Assembly (NCBI GenBank): GCA_013265495.1
Contig: PNXW01001546.1
Location: 1 to 51,964, forward strand
Source: Vicugna vicugna
Lineage: Eukaryota
DNA length: 51,964 bases
Direction: 5' to 3'
In this document: positions 26,101-40,965 of the stretch, in pieces
Layout of the letters: each line of letters opens with the position of its first letter
Numbering within the stretch: the first letter of the stretch is position 1
Program-made: the position numbers and the translations under genes
The notes under the pieces: model-generated
Told to the model about the DNA's origin: nothing
The model's database searches: none
The model's input: the letters and a program-made list of their open reading frames with translations, nothing else

Positions 26101-27169
26101 CTACATAAATGTAAAATGAGCAGGAAAGAGTTTCATGTTGACTTGAACTTTTACTGAAGGAGTTAATATGGCTTATGAAAGATGATTAGAATTTTGAGAG
26201 GAGACTGAAAGTTGTGATAGGTTGAGCCAGGGTCAGCAAATTCACTTGTGAGTTGATTTATCCTAATGTCTTACAAAAACCTCACTGTAAACTCTAGTAT
26301 TATTATATAGTCTGGCATATGAATTACTAAGATGGTTCTTCTTTCTTTTTAAGTTTACTTAGCTGTCTTTATCTTTCTTACCTTGCCTTTTCCCCCTTCA
26401 TTCACTAATCACTCTTTAATGCACTACATATTTGTTAGTACATCTGTAATAGGTTACTCCTTCATTAATTCCACCCACCCCCCATCATTATATAGACTTA
26501 AAAGGAAAAGGGTTTCTCTGTTATGTTCATTCCTGTATTTACAACACCTTGATAGTATGTGACACTTTGTAGTACTCAGCTAGTATTTCAGATGAGTGAA
26601 AAAATTATACTCTCCTGCTCGAGAATTTGAAATGATATTTGATTAGTTTTCAAACAAATCAGTTTTCTTTATTTTGGTATTCCAGATGCGCTGTAGTCTC
26701 TCTGTATCTTAACTATGAACTTGCTTTCTTCCTCTCAACACAGGACACTTGGCCATGTTTATTCCTTCATTGTTCGTGTGTGTACCTGCTTCATTCATTT
26801 ACTTATAAAGTTTCCTTCAACTTTAAAAACACCTTCTTCAACTTCTCTTTTCATTCTTCCCCTACTCATTCTTATCTCGAATCAGACCTGCATGAATATA
26901 TCCCTAGGTCCTTTAAATTAAATTGATTTTCCTTTTCCTAATCTACTTGATAATTACCTGATATTATACTGCATTTGCCACTTTATCATGTTTGACTTGT
27001 TATTTGTTGATTGTAAAAGTATTGCTAATCATCCTTAAGTGACCAGTCATGTCATCTATATTTTGGGTTTCTGACAACAAACTGAGCTAGATCCCCAGGA
27101 CACACTGTATTGATACTTAAAATCAAATACTTACATTATAAAGGATATTGGAAGAGATGATGAGTATAA

Positions 27170-27990
27170 TGGGAACAGGATAAGAAGTTCTTTGATTTTA
27201 GAAATGGCTCCTGACAAGAGGCTCATAATCGAGTGGGGAGAAAGACACTTACATTGCTAACTAGCAGGTAATTCAAGCTGTGATAGTAAAAAGAGTAAAA
27301 TTCTATTTAAAAATATGGTGAATGATGTGAATGAAGACCCAGAAGGAAAAAGAAAGATTTTTCATTGAAAGTGTCATTTCAGATAAACTTTGCAGGGTAA
27401 GTAGGATTATAATAAGCAATACACATGAGGAAAAGAAGCCTAATGGAAGCATGTAATAAAAGCCTGGAAGGTTGAAAGAGTAAGACCTAATTAAAATATG
27501 GATCTTAAACTGGGGTGGCTGAAGCTTACTCATATGTGATATAGGAGATACTTATAGGTAGTATAAGGAAAATGGGAAAATAGATTGGAAATAGTTCTAC
27601 TTGGTTCTTTCCCATTTATTTTTTCTGCCCCTATCAGTTCACTAAACCTTTCTCAGTGAGATCACAACCATCTCTAAATGCCACCTTCAAAAAACATCTA
27701 ATTCTCTTCCTAACCAAGCCGTGGTGTTGGGTATAGAAATTCTTCACCTCTGGTTCTGTGATAACACTCACTGCTGCTATCTTCCTGAGTGTTAGATCTT
27801 TGTCTTTTTTTCCTCACTTTTCCTTTAATGATGCGTGTGTTCCCCTTGGTTCTATACTTGACCTTATTCTTTAATTCTAGAGTTTCCCCCAGATTATCTC
27901 ATCTAATTATGTATCTCCCCTATATTCCATCCTTTGGTGGCATGACTAGAGGAGAGTTCCAAGCTACTTTTGGTGTATATTCATATCACT
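27170..27990. mobile_element. Ancient LINE-2-like fragments
   Basis: Degenerate L2-like phrases (GGCTCCTGACAAGAGGCTCATAATCGAGTGGGGAGAAAGACA); recognised from memory. Confidence 0.4.
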
Positions 27991-28349
27991 AAATTCATTG
28001 GGAGTATATTTTAGATATATACATTTTTATCTATGAATAGGTAAATGTACCACTGTGCTAAGATATTATGTATGTTATAAAATAAGAAAGATAACTTAAA
28101 AAGAATAAGAATTAAAGAAATGGTATTAAAAGTTTAATTTTTATATTAATGCTATAAAAACAATGTTGTTCCCACTAACACTTATTAATTAAATAATCAT
28201 AATCTTACATTCAGAGAATAAAATGTAACATTCTGTGGTGTATTAATAAAATCTTAGGGCTGTGATACAGCAATTTAAGATCTTGTTTGAATTTATTTCC
28301 AAATATATCTTAATGTCTGACACAGTTGAAAAGATCCTACACACAGATA

Positions 28350-30552
28350 AATCTGTCCAAATGGAAAAGATTGCAACTTTTAATAGCATCCCAAAACAGG
28401 AGAGGGCTTTTTAGCAGATCATGTTGTGGGGTAAATAGCCTCGATGGGCCAAATGACTCAACAGGCCAATGTTACTAGAGGTATCTGAGGTAGGAAGAGA
28501 TGGGAATGGAAAGTTTATGGAAAACTCTGATAGGAGAATTGCTTATGGTTTTGGAGCAAGGCTTTGTTCTCTGCAGCAGAGAATTATGCTCAAAAAAAAA
28601 ATAACTGCCTAGTATGCTATGAACCCTGATAAAGAGTTCTTGACTTTGAAACATCAAATGACCAAGAGGCCAGAACTGACTACATGAACTGGACTGTATC
28701 AGACTAAAAAGTATAAGGTTGAGCAGACCCAAGACCAATTCTTTGGAAGATGAAGAAGCCACATTTCAGAATCAGGCATGAGCAGGGTGAGAGAATAGAG
28801 TAAGCTACTCAAGTGGGTTACCCAGACCTCCTTGTCATCAACTATCATTGCTCTGGTATTTTTCCCTCAGCTCACATGTCTGGCCTTAAAAGGCCAAGTT
28901 GGCTCTTGGACAGTTAACTTGGTATGTTGATGCAAACCAAAATGTATTGCTGTTGAGCTATAGCTCCACCCAGGGTGACCTTGAAAGGCACCAATAAGGG
29001 AAAATTCTCCTTTAAGACAGTGGAATGATCATCCATTGTCATTGTATAGACAGAGAAGTGGTCCAAGCTAAGAATATATAGATTCAAAGTAGAGGTGAAT
29101 GATTTGAATATTGGTCAGTGGCCTGAGAGGAGAAAGATGAGAAGATCAGGGACCAGGATACCCGAGGAAGAGACTTATGAATGGATCTCCTGGAGTAAAT
29201 ATGAAGTGTGGAGATCCTCATATTCATGTAAATGTCCAGCAGAGAGCATCTACCATGGAAGGGCTACTAAACAACCAAGTAGAGGTAATGACTCAGCCAA
29301 TTGAGATCATCTTACTTTGTTCATCTGCCACCTCATAGCTGGATTATGGACACTTGAAAACTGGCTATATGACTAGTATGGAGCCATCCATGTATCTCAT
29401 GGCATAGGCTCCAAATTTTCCAGGCTGATCTAGCAACTGTCCCTGCCAAGTGTTCAAATTGTCCAACAGAGACCACTGCAGTGTCCCCAGTTTGGCAACA
29501 CCCCTCCAGGAGATCAGTCAGAGTGGCAAGAGTGCTGCTCTGAACCTTTTCCACTCTAAAGTGGGAAGAAGTTCATCTTGAATAGAATCAGCATAACCCC
29601 AGTAAGTTTTTATCTTTCCTATGTGCAAAGCCTCAGGAAGCACCACTGAGGCTGATAGACTGTTGCATAAAATTGCATTGGATCAAGAAATCTAGTCTGC
29701 AGTAAGGATGGTGTGGTATTGGTTAGTGGCTGGTCATTTGGTTCTATTCTATTATATTCACCCAGAAGTTACTGGTTTAGTAACTGATGTATGAAATGGC
29801 CTAATGAAAATATAATTGAGGTATTAGGACTGCAGTACTCCAGGGTGCAGGATCAACCAGGAAGAGTGGCCATTATTTGTTGCCAAGTTTTCAGTAAATG
29901 AATACCAGAAAGTGTCCACAAACTCTTGGGGAATTTGGACTCTATGTCCCTATATCCGTGGATTATATGGGTACATATGTGTTGGTTCTCAGAGTGAAAA
30001 TGCTCTGAACAGGGAATGTAGAAAGGGGCCCATTATACGTAAAGCTACAACTGCCATTCAGTCTCTTTGGGCTTCTTGTCCCAAGATTCCACCAGGAAAG
30101 GGAAGGATCACAAGCTTTTTGGGGTAATTAACCCAGGTTATCAGGAGGAGGTATAGCTATTATGATGCAATTGGAGAAGGAAAAAATATGTTTGGCATTC
30201 AGCTGATTCATAGGCATATGTTGTTACTCTCTTACTCAGATTTGACAATAAGTAGACAAATACTACAGCAATATCCTGAAATCGTTCAGGCATCCAGGCT
30301 CACACCCCCCAGGGATCTGATTCTGGATCATCCCACTATGTTAGTCACCTGGACCAGCAGAGGTTAAATGAATCAAGTGGAGGGAGAAGGTGAGTATTAG
30401 TGTAGCCTTGAGACTAGTTGAGACAGTGGGAACTACAGGTGACCCATTAATCTTCATCTTATAAGATTTTCTAGGAAAAGAGAAAGACCCAAATCATGGT
30501 GAGGCTTTCCCTGGAACTTGTTATAGTAAATAACTGAGCAATATAAGAGGTG
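28350..30552 (+). mobile_element. Ancient ERVL-class internal region (ERV3-16A3/LTR16-int-like), degenerate pol remnant
   Basis: ERVL/MaLR-like internal phrases (CAATGTTACTAGAGGTATCTG; AAGTGTTCAAATTGTCCAACAG, an integrase zinc-finger-like C-x2-C remnant); purine tract before the LTR. Confidence 0.65.
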
Positions 30553-30964
30553 GTTGCTAATAGGCCTGTGGTTCACAATCCAGATCTCACCTTAATTGCC
30601 GAGTTATAAGAATGCTAGTAGGTGACAGCTCTCAACTAAGTTCCTTTCCAGGAAATGTCTTTAGCTGAAGAGAACTCACTTTTGAAGGTTATATAACCTT
30701 TCTAGAGTGAAGCCTGCATCCAGTTACTATTCATAGAGGCACAAATTCCAGTCTTCTGCCTTAATGCATGAAAACTATGACGAGACATTCCAGCTTCACA
30801 CGTGACTGGGTAAAGTCTTTTTGTGACTACATTCAACTGACTCTTCTGCCCAGTTTAATTCCTTCACCCCCTCAGTATGTATGAAGCTGAGGGCCTTCCT
30901 CAACAAACTTCTTAGATGCAAATCTCCGTCTTGAGTCATTTTCTTGGGTACCTCAACTTAAACA
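30553..30964 (+). mobile_element. 3' LTR, LTR16-like (ERVL)
   Basis: Ends TGCAAATCTCCGTCTTGAGTCATTTTCTTGGGTACCTCAACTTAAACA, resembling LTR16-family termini. Confidence 0.6.
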
Positions 30965-31602
30965 AGTTTCTACATAAATGAAAGAGTATCACAAGTTTGG
31001 AAGACACATCTGCATCTATCCATCATAGATAAACCATCTATTAAAGAAATAGTGTTTTCCTGTACCTACCTATTAGTCCCAAACTAATAACTTTAAACTA
31101 TAGCATCCCCTCACTGCCCCTTGAATAGAATCATTTATCCTTGCTGACCCAGAATGAAGTAGACATTAGAAATAGAATACAAAATACAAAATGATAGGCT
31201 TCATCAGAATGAAACTTATATAAGAACAAATTAGAAAATATGAACAGAAATATTTAATTTGATGAAAATTCTTTCCAGAATAAACAACCATAGACAGAGA
31301 ACTCTTACACGATACCTCAGTCTGAACTTACTATCTTTAAATAGCATTTGCATATATGGAAAAACATCTTTTATCAAAAATTCATAAATCAAAATGAGAG
31401 CTGGACAAAAAGAAAATGTATAAGATGAAAACTATGGGTACAAAAGAAATTGTATTGGATTAAAAGACATAGTCACATTAGAAATAAATATTAAATTATG
31501 AGATTCTGAAGATGTAGGAGATTCTATTATCTGTATGTGTCATTGAAGAGAGGAAAGGAAATATGAAGAGAATGAAAGCGAAACAAAGGGGTAAAAAGAA
31601 TT

Positions 31603-34600
31603 AGAGGAGGAGATCAAGATAGTGATAGTGGAGTGGGACTCTGAGCTCATCTCCTCCCATGAAGACATTAAAAATACATCTACACGTGGAACAATTTCAT
31701 TGAACACAAAGTTGGGACAGGTAGAAATACTCTTATACTACCAAGACTAAAGAAAAATTAACAGAGTTGAGTAGAAAATGAGGAGACGTGATCATGTCAG
31801 GGTTTGTGACCCTGGAAGGGGACAGAGAAGTGAAGGCAGTTTCATGGACTCAGAGATCCTGCCTGAGGAGTGACATTTTCTAACCACATATTGGAACCCC
31901 AGGCCTGTAGTTCAATACCAGGAAGACAAGTTCTTTTAGCCTGTTTGAAAATCAGTAAGACTAAGAAAAGGGCTGTAAGAAACCAAGATTCCACTCATGA
32001 AGACTCTGCACATGACAGTCACAAGACAGATATAGCAGATTGAAAATGACCTGCTACCTCCCCAGGACATGCACTGGCAAACACCAAGCACCCACTCTGG
32101 TCCCCTTAGGCCTGGTGCAGCTTCCTGCTAGGTTGAAGACTGCCATTGCTGAGAAGAATGCACAGTTGTGGTTGACATAACCAGCTTGGGTAGGGCACTG
32201 CATCAACATGGGTCAAGGATGGCCATTACTGGCATCATGGAGGTGGCATATCAGGAGCAGTTTATGATGGTGTTCTAGGACTGGCCCAACACATGCCCTG
32301 GCCCATGCTGAATGCTGGCTCTATCCTCTTTTTCCAGTGCTGCTCCACTCTGAGGGGAAGGTGTTGATTCTGAGAGTATGAAGAGTGCACACTTAGAGGA
32401 AATGGAACCAACTCAGAACTGACCTTTAGGACTTTCCCCTAGAACTACATTACCTGCTCTTCTCCACTCCCTCATAAGGAGCTATCAGCTACTGAGCATA
32501 AGAGAAGCCCCAGCTCACACATGGCTTTGGCTTTGGTGCCTCAGTCTTCAGTCCTCCTTCCAGCAGTGATATTTGCCAGCACACCCTCGGGGAAGACGTG
32601 ATCCATGCCCACTTCAAATCAGGCTCACATAGGCTGCATAGGGATGATCCCACAGAAGGACACCTCTTCAAGACTGGGATAGGTAATGGTCCCACCTAAT
32701 TACATAGAGACAGAGTAAATTAAGCAAAATTAGAAGAGGAATTTGTTTCAAATGATAGAACAAGAAAACTGAAAAACAACTAATGAAACAAAGATAAATA
32801 ATTTACCAGATAAAGAGCTCAAAGCATTAGTAATAAGTGCTAACTGAACTATGGAAAAGAATAGAGAGTGAGAATTTTAACAAGGAACTATAAAATATAA
32901 AAAACACCCAGTCAGAGCTTAAAATACAATAAATGAAATGAAAACCAAACTAAAAGAAATTAATAGCAGATGAGGTGATAAAGAAGAATGCACAAACAAT
33001 CCAGAAGATGTAAGAATGGACATAACCCAATCAGAATAGCAAAGAGAATAATCAATTTTAAAATGAGAGTTTGTGGACCTTTGGGACAAATCAAGTGTAC
33101 CAACAATCACATTATAGGGATCCTAGAAGAAGAGAGAAAGAAAGGTGTCAAAAATGTATTTGATTGATGAAATTATGGCTGAGAGCTTCCTGAACCTGAA
33201 GAAGGAAACAGATATCCAGGTACAGGGAGCACAGGGAGTCCCAAACAGGATGAACTCGGAGACCCACAGCAAGACACATTATAATTTAAATGCCAAAATT
33301 AAAAATAGAGAATCCTGAAGGCAGCAAGAGAAAATCAAAGAGTCACAACAAAGGAACACCCATAAGTCTATCAGCTAATTTTTCTGCAGAAACTTTGCAG
33401 GTCAGGAGGAAATGGCATGATACATTTAAAGTGCTGAAAGGAAAAACCTACAACTTAGGATACTCTACCCAGCAAGATTAACATTTAGAATTGAAGGATA
33501 GATAAAGAAATTCTGACACAAGCAAACACAAAAAGTATTCATCAATACTAAATGGATCCTAACAGAAAATGGGAAAGGGTTTTCCCTAAATGGAAGAGGA
33601 ATGAATAAAGCAAGAAGAATTTATAGGAAAAGAGAAATCCCAATAGTGAAGACAACTATATAGTGAAAGCTAGGATCAACCACTTAAATGAGCTAGGATG
33701 AAGAGTTAAGGGCAAAAATTACAAAATTATAACTACAACAAGCAGAAATAGACATGAGGATGTAAAATATGATATCCAAAACACAAAATGTGGGGAAGTG
33801 GAGAAAAAAGTAGATCTTTTAGATTGGGGTTTGAATTTAAATGGCTATCATTTTTAAACAAGTAGATATATAGGTTAACATATATGAGTCCCATGGTAAC
33901 CACTAATCAAAACCTACAATAAATACATAAAACTAGAGAAAAATGAGTACAAGTATACCACTAAAGAAAATTATCAAACCACAAGAGAAGAAACTAAAGG
34001 AAGGAAAAAAGAGCAGAGAACCAGAAAACAAATAATGAAATGAGAATAAGCACATATCAGTATTCACTTTAAATGTAAATGGAATAAATTCTCCAGTCAA
34101 AAGACACAGGGTGGCTGATTAGATTAAAAAACCTAAAACAACAACAGAATCCTTGAATACACTTTGTTCAAGAGGCTCACTTCAGGGCTAAATATATACA
34201 CAGACTGAAAAAGAGAGATAGAAAAAGATATTTCATACAAACAGAAATGCCAAGAAAGCTGGGGATAGCAATACTTATTTTAGACAAAATAGACTTTAAA
34301 AAAAAGTCAATGACAAAAGAAAAATGCATTATACAGGGAGTAAGGGATCAATACAAGAAGAGGATATTACACTTGTTAACATATATGCATCCAATACAGG
34401 ACCACCTAAATATATATGGCAAATTCTAACAGACAAAAAGGGAAAAATTGACAATAATGCAATAATAGTAGTGGGCTTTATCATCCAACTTACATTTGAT
34501 TCAGACTGTCAACCAATAAGGCAACTGTGGTTATAAATTACACAATAGTCCACTTAGACTTAATAGATATCTATGGGGCATAATATCCCCAACAACAGAA

Positions 34601-37600
34601 TACACATTGTTTTCAAGTGCACATGGAATATTCTCTAGGATCAGACACACAGTAGGCCATAAAATAAGTCTCAAGAAATCTGAGAGGACAGAAATTATAA
34701 CAAGCTTTCTTTCCAACCGTAATGATATGAATCTAGAAATCAATTACAGGAAGAAAAATGAGAAAAACACAAAATACATGGAGACTGAAAAACATGCTGC
34801 TAAGAAAACAATGCACCAATCAAGAAATCAAAAAGGAAATTTTTTAAAACCTAGGAAAAAATTAAATAAAAACACAACTTTCCAAGATCTCTAGCACACA
34901 GTGAAAGAATTTCTAAGATGGAAATTTGTAATAATACAGGCCTACCTCAAGAAACAAGAAAAATTTCAAGAAAACAACCTCAAATACTGAAAATCTAAAG
35001 CAATTAGAAGAAGGAGGGAAAACAGAGCCCAAAGTCAACAGATGGAGGCACATAATGAAGATCAGACAGGAAATAAATAAAATAGGGATCAAAAAAGCCC
35101 AATAAAGACCAAGGAAACCAAGAGCCGTTTTCTTGAAAAAGCACAAAATTGGTAAAACTTTAGCTAGGCTGACAGAAAAAAAAAGAGAGAGCATACCCAA
35201 ATAAGCAAAATAAGAAATGAAAGTGGAGAAATTAAAGCAAATATCACAGAAATACAATAAAATCATAAGAAAGTGTTAAGAATAGTTATATGCTAACAAA
35301 TTGGACAACTTAGAAGATATAAATAAATTTCTAGAAGCAAACAATCTACCAAGACTCAATGAAGAAGAAATAGACAGTCTAAACAGATAGATCAATAGAA
35401 GTGAAATTGAACTTGTAATTAAAAAAAAAAAAAGCTCCAAGCAAACAAAAGTTCAGAATTGGAGGGCTTCACAGAGGAATTCTACCAAACATATATAAAG
35501 AAGAGGTAATACTTACTCTTCTCAAACTATTCCAGAAATTTTAAGTGGAGGGAGTACTCCCAAATTCATTCTATGAGGTCACCATTTCCCTGATATCAAA
35601 ACCAGACAAAGACCCTACAGAGAAGGAAAATTACAGACCAATATGTCCTGTGAATATAGATGCAAAAATCTGCAAAATATTAGCAAACCAAATTCAACAA
35701 TATATGAAAAGGATCATATACTATGAAAAAGTGGGATTTATGAGGGATGCAAGGATGGTATCTGTAAATCAATTTGATACCTCATGTTAAGAAAATGAAG
35801 GATAAAAATTACACGATAATCTCAATAGATGCAGAAGAAATCATTTGACAAAATTCAACATCCATTTGTGATAAAAACTCATCAAAGTTAGCATAGAAAG
35901 AACATACCTCAACATCATAAAGGCCATATATGACAAACCCACAGATAATATCATACTCATTGGTGTAAAGCTGAAAGCCTTTCCTTCAAATTTAGGAAAA
36001 AGGCAAAGAATGCCCACTCTCACCACTTCTAGTTAACATAGTATTGGAAGTCCTAGCCACAGCAATCAGAGAAGAAAAAAGAAATAAAAGGCATCCGGAT
36101 AGGAAAGGAAGAAGTAAAACTGTCACTATTTGCAGATGACATGATACTATATGGAAAAAAAAAGTCTTCACCAAAAATCTATTAAAACTAGTAAATGAAT
36201 TCAGCAATGTTGGAGGATACAAGTTTAATGTATAGAAACTGGATGCTTTTCTAACACTAATAACAAACTATCAGAGAAAGTAAAAAAAAAATCTTATTTA
36301 AAATCACATCAAAAATAATAAACATAATCAAGGATGTCAAAGATCTATACTCTAAAAACTATTAAACATTGTTGAAAGAAATTGTAGATGATTCAGACAA
36401 GTGGAATGATATCCTGTGTTCATGGATAGGAAGAATTAACATTGTTAAAGTGGCCATACTACCCAAAGCAAACTACAGATTTAATCTCTATTAAAATACT
36501 GATGAGATATTTCAAAGTAATAAGACATATAGTCGTAAAATGTGTTGGAACTGAAAAGACCCTGAATAGCCAAAGCAATCTTAAGAAAAGAGAACAAAAT
36601 TGGAAGTATCAAACTCCCTGACTTCAGACTACACTATAAAGCTACAGTACTCAAGAGAGTGTGGTCTGGCACAAAAATAGACACATAGATCAATGGATCT
36701 ATGAACAAAATAAATTAGAGCCCAAAATAAACCCACACATTTATGGTAAAATAATCTATGGAAAACAAGGCAAGAATACACAGGATATAAATAGTCTTTT
36801 CAGGTAGTGGTGCTGGGAAAACTGGAAAGCTACATATATAAGCAATTAGAACATTTTTTCACACCGTATACAAAAATAAACTGAAAATGGATTAAAGGCC
36901 TAAATGTAAGACTGAAAACCATAAAAATTCTGGAAGATAACACAGGAAGAATGCTCTTGTACGTAGATCATAGCAATATATTTTTGGGTCTGTCTTCTCA
37001 GGCAAAGGAAACAAAAGAAAAAATAAACACATGGTACCTAATTAAACTTAAAGGCTTTTACAGAGCAAAGCAGTCAACAAAACAAAAGACAATTTACTGA
37101 GTGAAAGAATATATTTGCGAGTGATATGCTGGTAAAAAGTTGATATGCAGAATATATAAATAGCTCATAAAACTCAACAACAACAGCAACAGCAAAACAA
37201 CATGGTTAAAAAATGGGCAAAATATATGAATGGACAGTTTTTCAAAGATGGTGTACAAATGGCCAGGAAACACTAGAAAAGATGCTCAGTATCACTAATT
37301 ATCAGGAAATGCAGTTCAAAACCACAATGAGATATCACCTTACACCTGTCAGAATGCTGTCATCAAAAAGTCTACAAATAATAAATGTTGGTAAGGATGT
37401 GGAGAAAAGGGAAGCTTTGTACATTATTGGTGTGAATGTAAATTGGTGTAGCTGCTATGGAAAACAGTATGTAGAGTCCTCAAAAAACTAAAAATAGAAC
37501 TACCATATGATCGAGCAATTCAACTTCTGGGTATGTATCTGAGAAAAACACAAATACTAATTAGAAAAGCTCTGTGCACTTCAATGTTCATAGCAGCATT

Positions 37601-38138
37601 ATTTACAGTAGCCAGGATACGGAAGCCTCTTAAGTGCCCATCCACAGATGAATGGTTAAAAGGGTGTGACGTGTGTGTGTGTTTGTGTGTGTGTGTATGT
37701 GTATGTGTGTGTGTATATATATACATACATACAATGGAGTATTACTCAGCTACAAAGGGGAATGAAATTCTGCCTTTTGCAACATGGATGGACCTAGAGG
37801 GTATTATACTTAGTGATATAAGCCAGACAGAGAAAGAGAGATACTGTAGTTACCACTTATATGTGGAATTTAATAAATAAACACATGGATATAACAAAAC
37901 AGAAACAGATTCACAGATGCAGAGATCAAACTGTGGTTACCAGTGGGAAGATGTAAGTGGATAAAGATTAAGAGATACAAACTACTGTATATAAAAGAGG
38001 TAAGCTTCAAGGATACATTGTACAGCACAGGGATATTTTATAACAACTTTAAATGGTGCATAATCTAAAATTATTTAATATGTTGTACCATGAAACTAAT
38101 ATAATACTGTAAATTAAATATAATTAAAAAGTAAAAAA
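31603..38138 (+). mobile_element. Near full-length (~6.5 kb) degenerate LINE-1
   Basis: 5'UTR from ~31603; ORF1 remnant ~32730-33600 (PISLSANFSAETLQVRRKWHDTFKVLK); ORF2 from ATG 34040 with NIYAS, LPNSFYE and FADD (36129-36140); A-rich tail at ~38125-38138; many stops and frameshifts. Confidence 0.95.
37664..37730. repeat. (TG)n/(TA)n microsatellite inside the L1 3' region
   Basis: Directly visible. Confidence 0.9.
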
Positions 38139-38139
38139 G

Positions 38140-39900
38140 AGTCTGATTGTATGGAAAATTAGCAAGGTGATACATCTCACACAAAGGCAAATAATAAAGC
38201 ATATACCTAATAATTAAAAGAAATGATGCATTAGAAATAATGTTTAAAATTATGATCCAAGAAAAATTTGGAGAATAACTGACTTTAATATACATTTTAA
38301 AACATACTGGTGATAATTGTTCCAGAAAATGAAACTCTAAGATATGTCCTAGTAAATGTAAAAGTCATAGTCTTCAGGGTGGGTGTAGCTCAGTGCTAGA
38401 GCACATGCTTAGCATGGAAGAGGTCCTGGATTCAATTCCCACTACCTCCATTAAAAAAATTACAAAAAACCTAAAACAAAAGTAATAGTCTCCAAGTTAA
38501 GGAAAAATGACCTGTACTTCCACATAACTGACAATCTCAATTCTAAAGAAAGGAAATTAGGGCGCAAAGTGTATGTGTGTGTCTGAGTATATAAGTTTTT
38601 TTGTATGCTACAATTTGTGTAAGAAATATTTTCTTATGTTTGAAGACAATTGAAGGAAATATAGACTAGAATCTAGTGAACTAGTCTTACAGGGAGGGCG
38701 CCTCTGGAAAAATGTCTAATTCCCATTCTAAGGCAGGAAGTGCACAAGAGTACCCTAGACATCTTGTACTAGAGAATGAGAAATGTATCAGAGGCTGCTG
38801 CGGTCATATCAGAAGGACTCAGGACTCATACTGAAAATTTTGAGTTCAATTCCTACTAGCTAAAGATGAGACAACTTTGGCATCAAAATGGATAGGAAGT
38901 ATAATGGATTTCTGCTGATGAAACACTTTAAAATCTGAGTTCATGATGATTTTTCTAATATGTTAATGACTTTTATAGGATGCTAGGAGAACAACTTAAT
39001 CTGAAAAATGGTAATTAAGTTTATTTATTCTGTTTTTTTCTATGTGAATTGTGTCTGTTTTGTACTCTCAGGTTTGTCTTTGTTGAAGTAAAGCTTTGAA
39101 TATTTAAGTCTGAACGAAATTAAGAGGAGAGAGGGAGTCCAGAAATGAGGAGGGGAGAGGTGGTAGGTACATGAATAGAGGAAAGGAAGAGGAGTCATGG
39201 AAAGGGGAGGGAAGGATGGAAGTAAAAGGAAGAGATGGAAAAGAGAAGGAAAGGAATGAACAAGTAAAGTATGGAAATGGGAAGGGATGGAAGAGGGAAG
39301 GAATAAGAAATAAAAAATTTTTAAAAAGAGACAAATAAAAGAGAGCCAAGCAGGCAAGTAGGAAAGAAAAAATCATCTACTATTACGTAAAAAAATAAAT
39401 GAAAGAAAAAACATGAAAAGATTTTTTTTCTGAGATTTTATGATGCCAGTGATAAATAAAACTAAAAGTTTCCAGAGAGACAACAAAGAAATGGGAACCA
39501 AAATTACATTTAATTTCTCAAAAGCAACACTGCTTACCAGAATGTAAAGGAATGCCTTTAGTGTTACAAAGGAAACTTATTTCAAATATAGGATTCTATA
39601 GAAACCAAACAATTAATCTTGTGTGGGGAAAGAACAAAGATTATTTCCAACACATCTAGATTTCAAATTTTGACTCGCAATGAGGCAGTCAAGATTTAGA
39701 AGCAAAATGAGAGCCTGAACCATGAAGGGCAGTATAGGGAGCTTGGAGACAGAGTATAAGACACCAGGAGTAAGTAAAGGGAATTGTCAGCAGGACAGCT
39801 GAACACTGGGGTTAGAGAACCACCTCTCCAGTCTAGCGCAGGAGGATGTCAGGCACCAGGAAAAGGTCTTTAGGATAAAAAAAAAATAGCAAAAGCTTAT
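38140..39900 (+). mobile_element. Ancient HAL1/L1-ORF1-like remnants with a purine-rich tract at 39120-39370
   Basis: ORF1-like phrases (ATGATCCAAGAAAAATTTGGAGAA; TTTCTCAAAAGCAACACTG); appears to continue the remnant at 31040-31600. Confidence 0.45.
38377..38477 (+). mobile_element. tRNA-derived SINE (Vic-1-like, camelid)
   Basis: GGGTGGGTGTAGCTCAGTGCTAGAGCACATGCTTAGCATGGAAGAGGTCCTGGATTCAATTCCC with an A-rich tail; TSD AAAAGTMATAGTCTYCA at 38360-38376 and 38478-38494. Confidence 0.9.
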
Positions 39901-39939
39901 TTAATGGAGTTGAGTTCCAATTGAGGAAATGGTTAATAA

Positions 39940-40965
39940 TTTTTTTTTAATTTGGTCCATTAAACTTTCTTTTAATTGAAGTATTCTGTTACAATATGTC
40001 AATTTCTAGTGATCAACATAATGTCTCAGTCATACATATACACAAATATATTCATTTTCACATTCTTTTTCATTATAGGTTACTATAAGATATTGAGTAT
40101 ATTTCTCTGTGCTATACAGAAGAAATTTATTTTTTATCTGTTTTTATATATACCAGTTAGTATTTGCAAATCTCGAACTCCCAATTTATCCCTCCCAATC
40201 CCCTTTCCCCTGGTAACCATAAGATTGGTTACTATGTCTCTGGGTCTCTTTCTCTTTTGTAGATGAGTTTATTAGTGTCTTTTTTCTTTTTTTTTTAAGA
40301 TGCCACATATGAGTGATATCATATGGTATTTTTCTTTCTCTTTCTGACTTACTTCAAATGATGATCTCCAAGTCCATCTGTGTTGCTGCAAATGGCATTA
40401 TTTTATTCTTTTTTATGGCTGAGTAGTATTCCATTGTATAAACAAACCACATCTTCTTTATCCAGTCATCTGTTGATGGACAGTTAGGTTGTTTTCATGT
40501 CTTGGCTATTGTAAATGGTGCTGCTATGAACATTGGGCTGCATGTATCTTTTTGAATTAGAGTTCCCTCCGGGTATATGCCCAGGAGTGGGATTGCTAGA
40601 TCATATGGTAAGTCTATTTCTAGTTTTTTGAGAATCTTCATACTGTTTTACATAATGGCTACACCAAACTGCATTCCCACCAACAGTGTAGGAGGGTTCC
40701 CTTTTTTCCACACCCTTTCTAGCATTTATCATTTGTGGACTTCTGAATGATGGCCATTCTGACTGGTGTGAGGTGATACCTCATTGTAGTTTTGATTTGC
40801 ATTTCTCTGATAACTAGTGATACTGAATATTTTTTCATGTGCCTATTGACCCTTGCATGTCTTTATTGGAGAATTGCTTGTTTAGGTCCCCTGCCCATTT
40901 TTGGATTGGGTTGTTTGTTTTTTTTTGCTATTAAGTTGTATGACTATTTGTATATTCTGGAAATT
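39940..40965 (-). mobile_element. Lineage-specific LINE-1 3' end (~1 kb)
   Basis: Collinear with 3375-4475 (same 3'UTR family). Confidence 0.92.

Noticed and set aside
31603..38138. Possibly active full-length L1
   Set aside because: ORF1 and ORF2 are broken by many stops and frameshifts.
39040..39376. Phe/Leu/Pro/Ser-rich minus-strand ORFs
   Set aside because: Translation of a purine-rich low-complexity tract.
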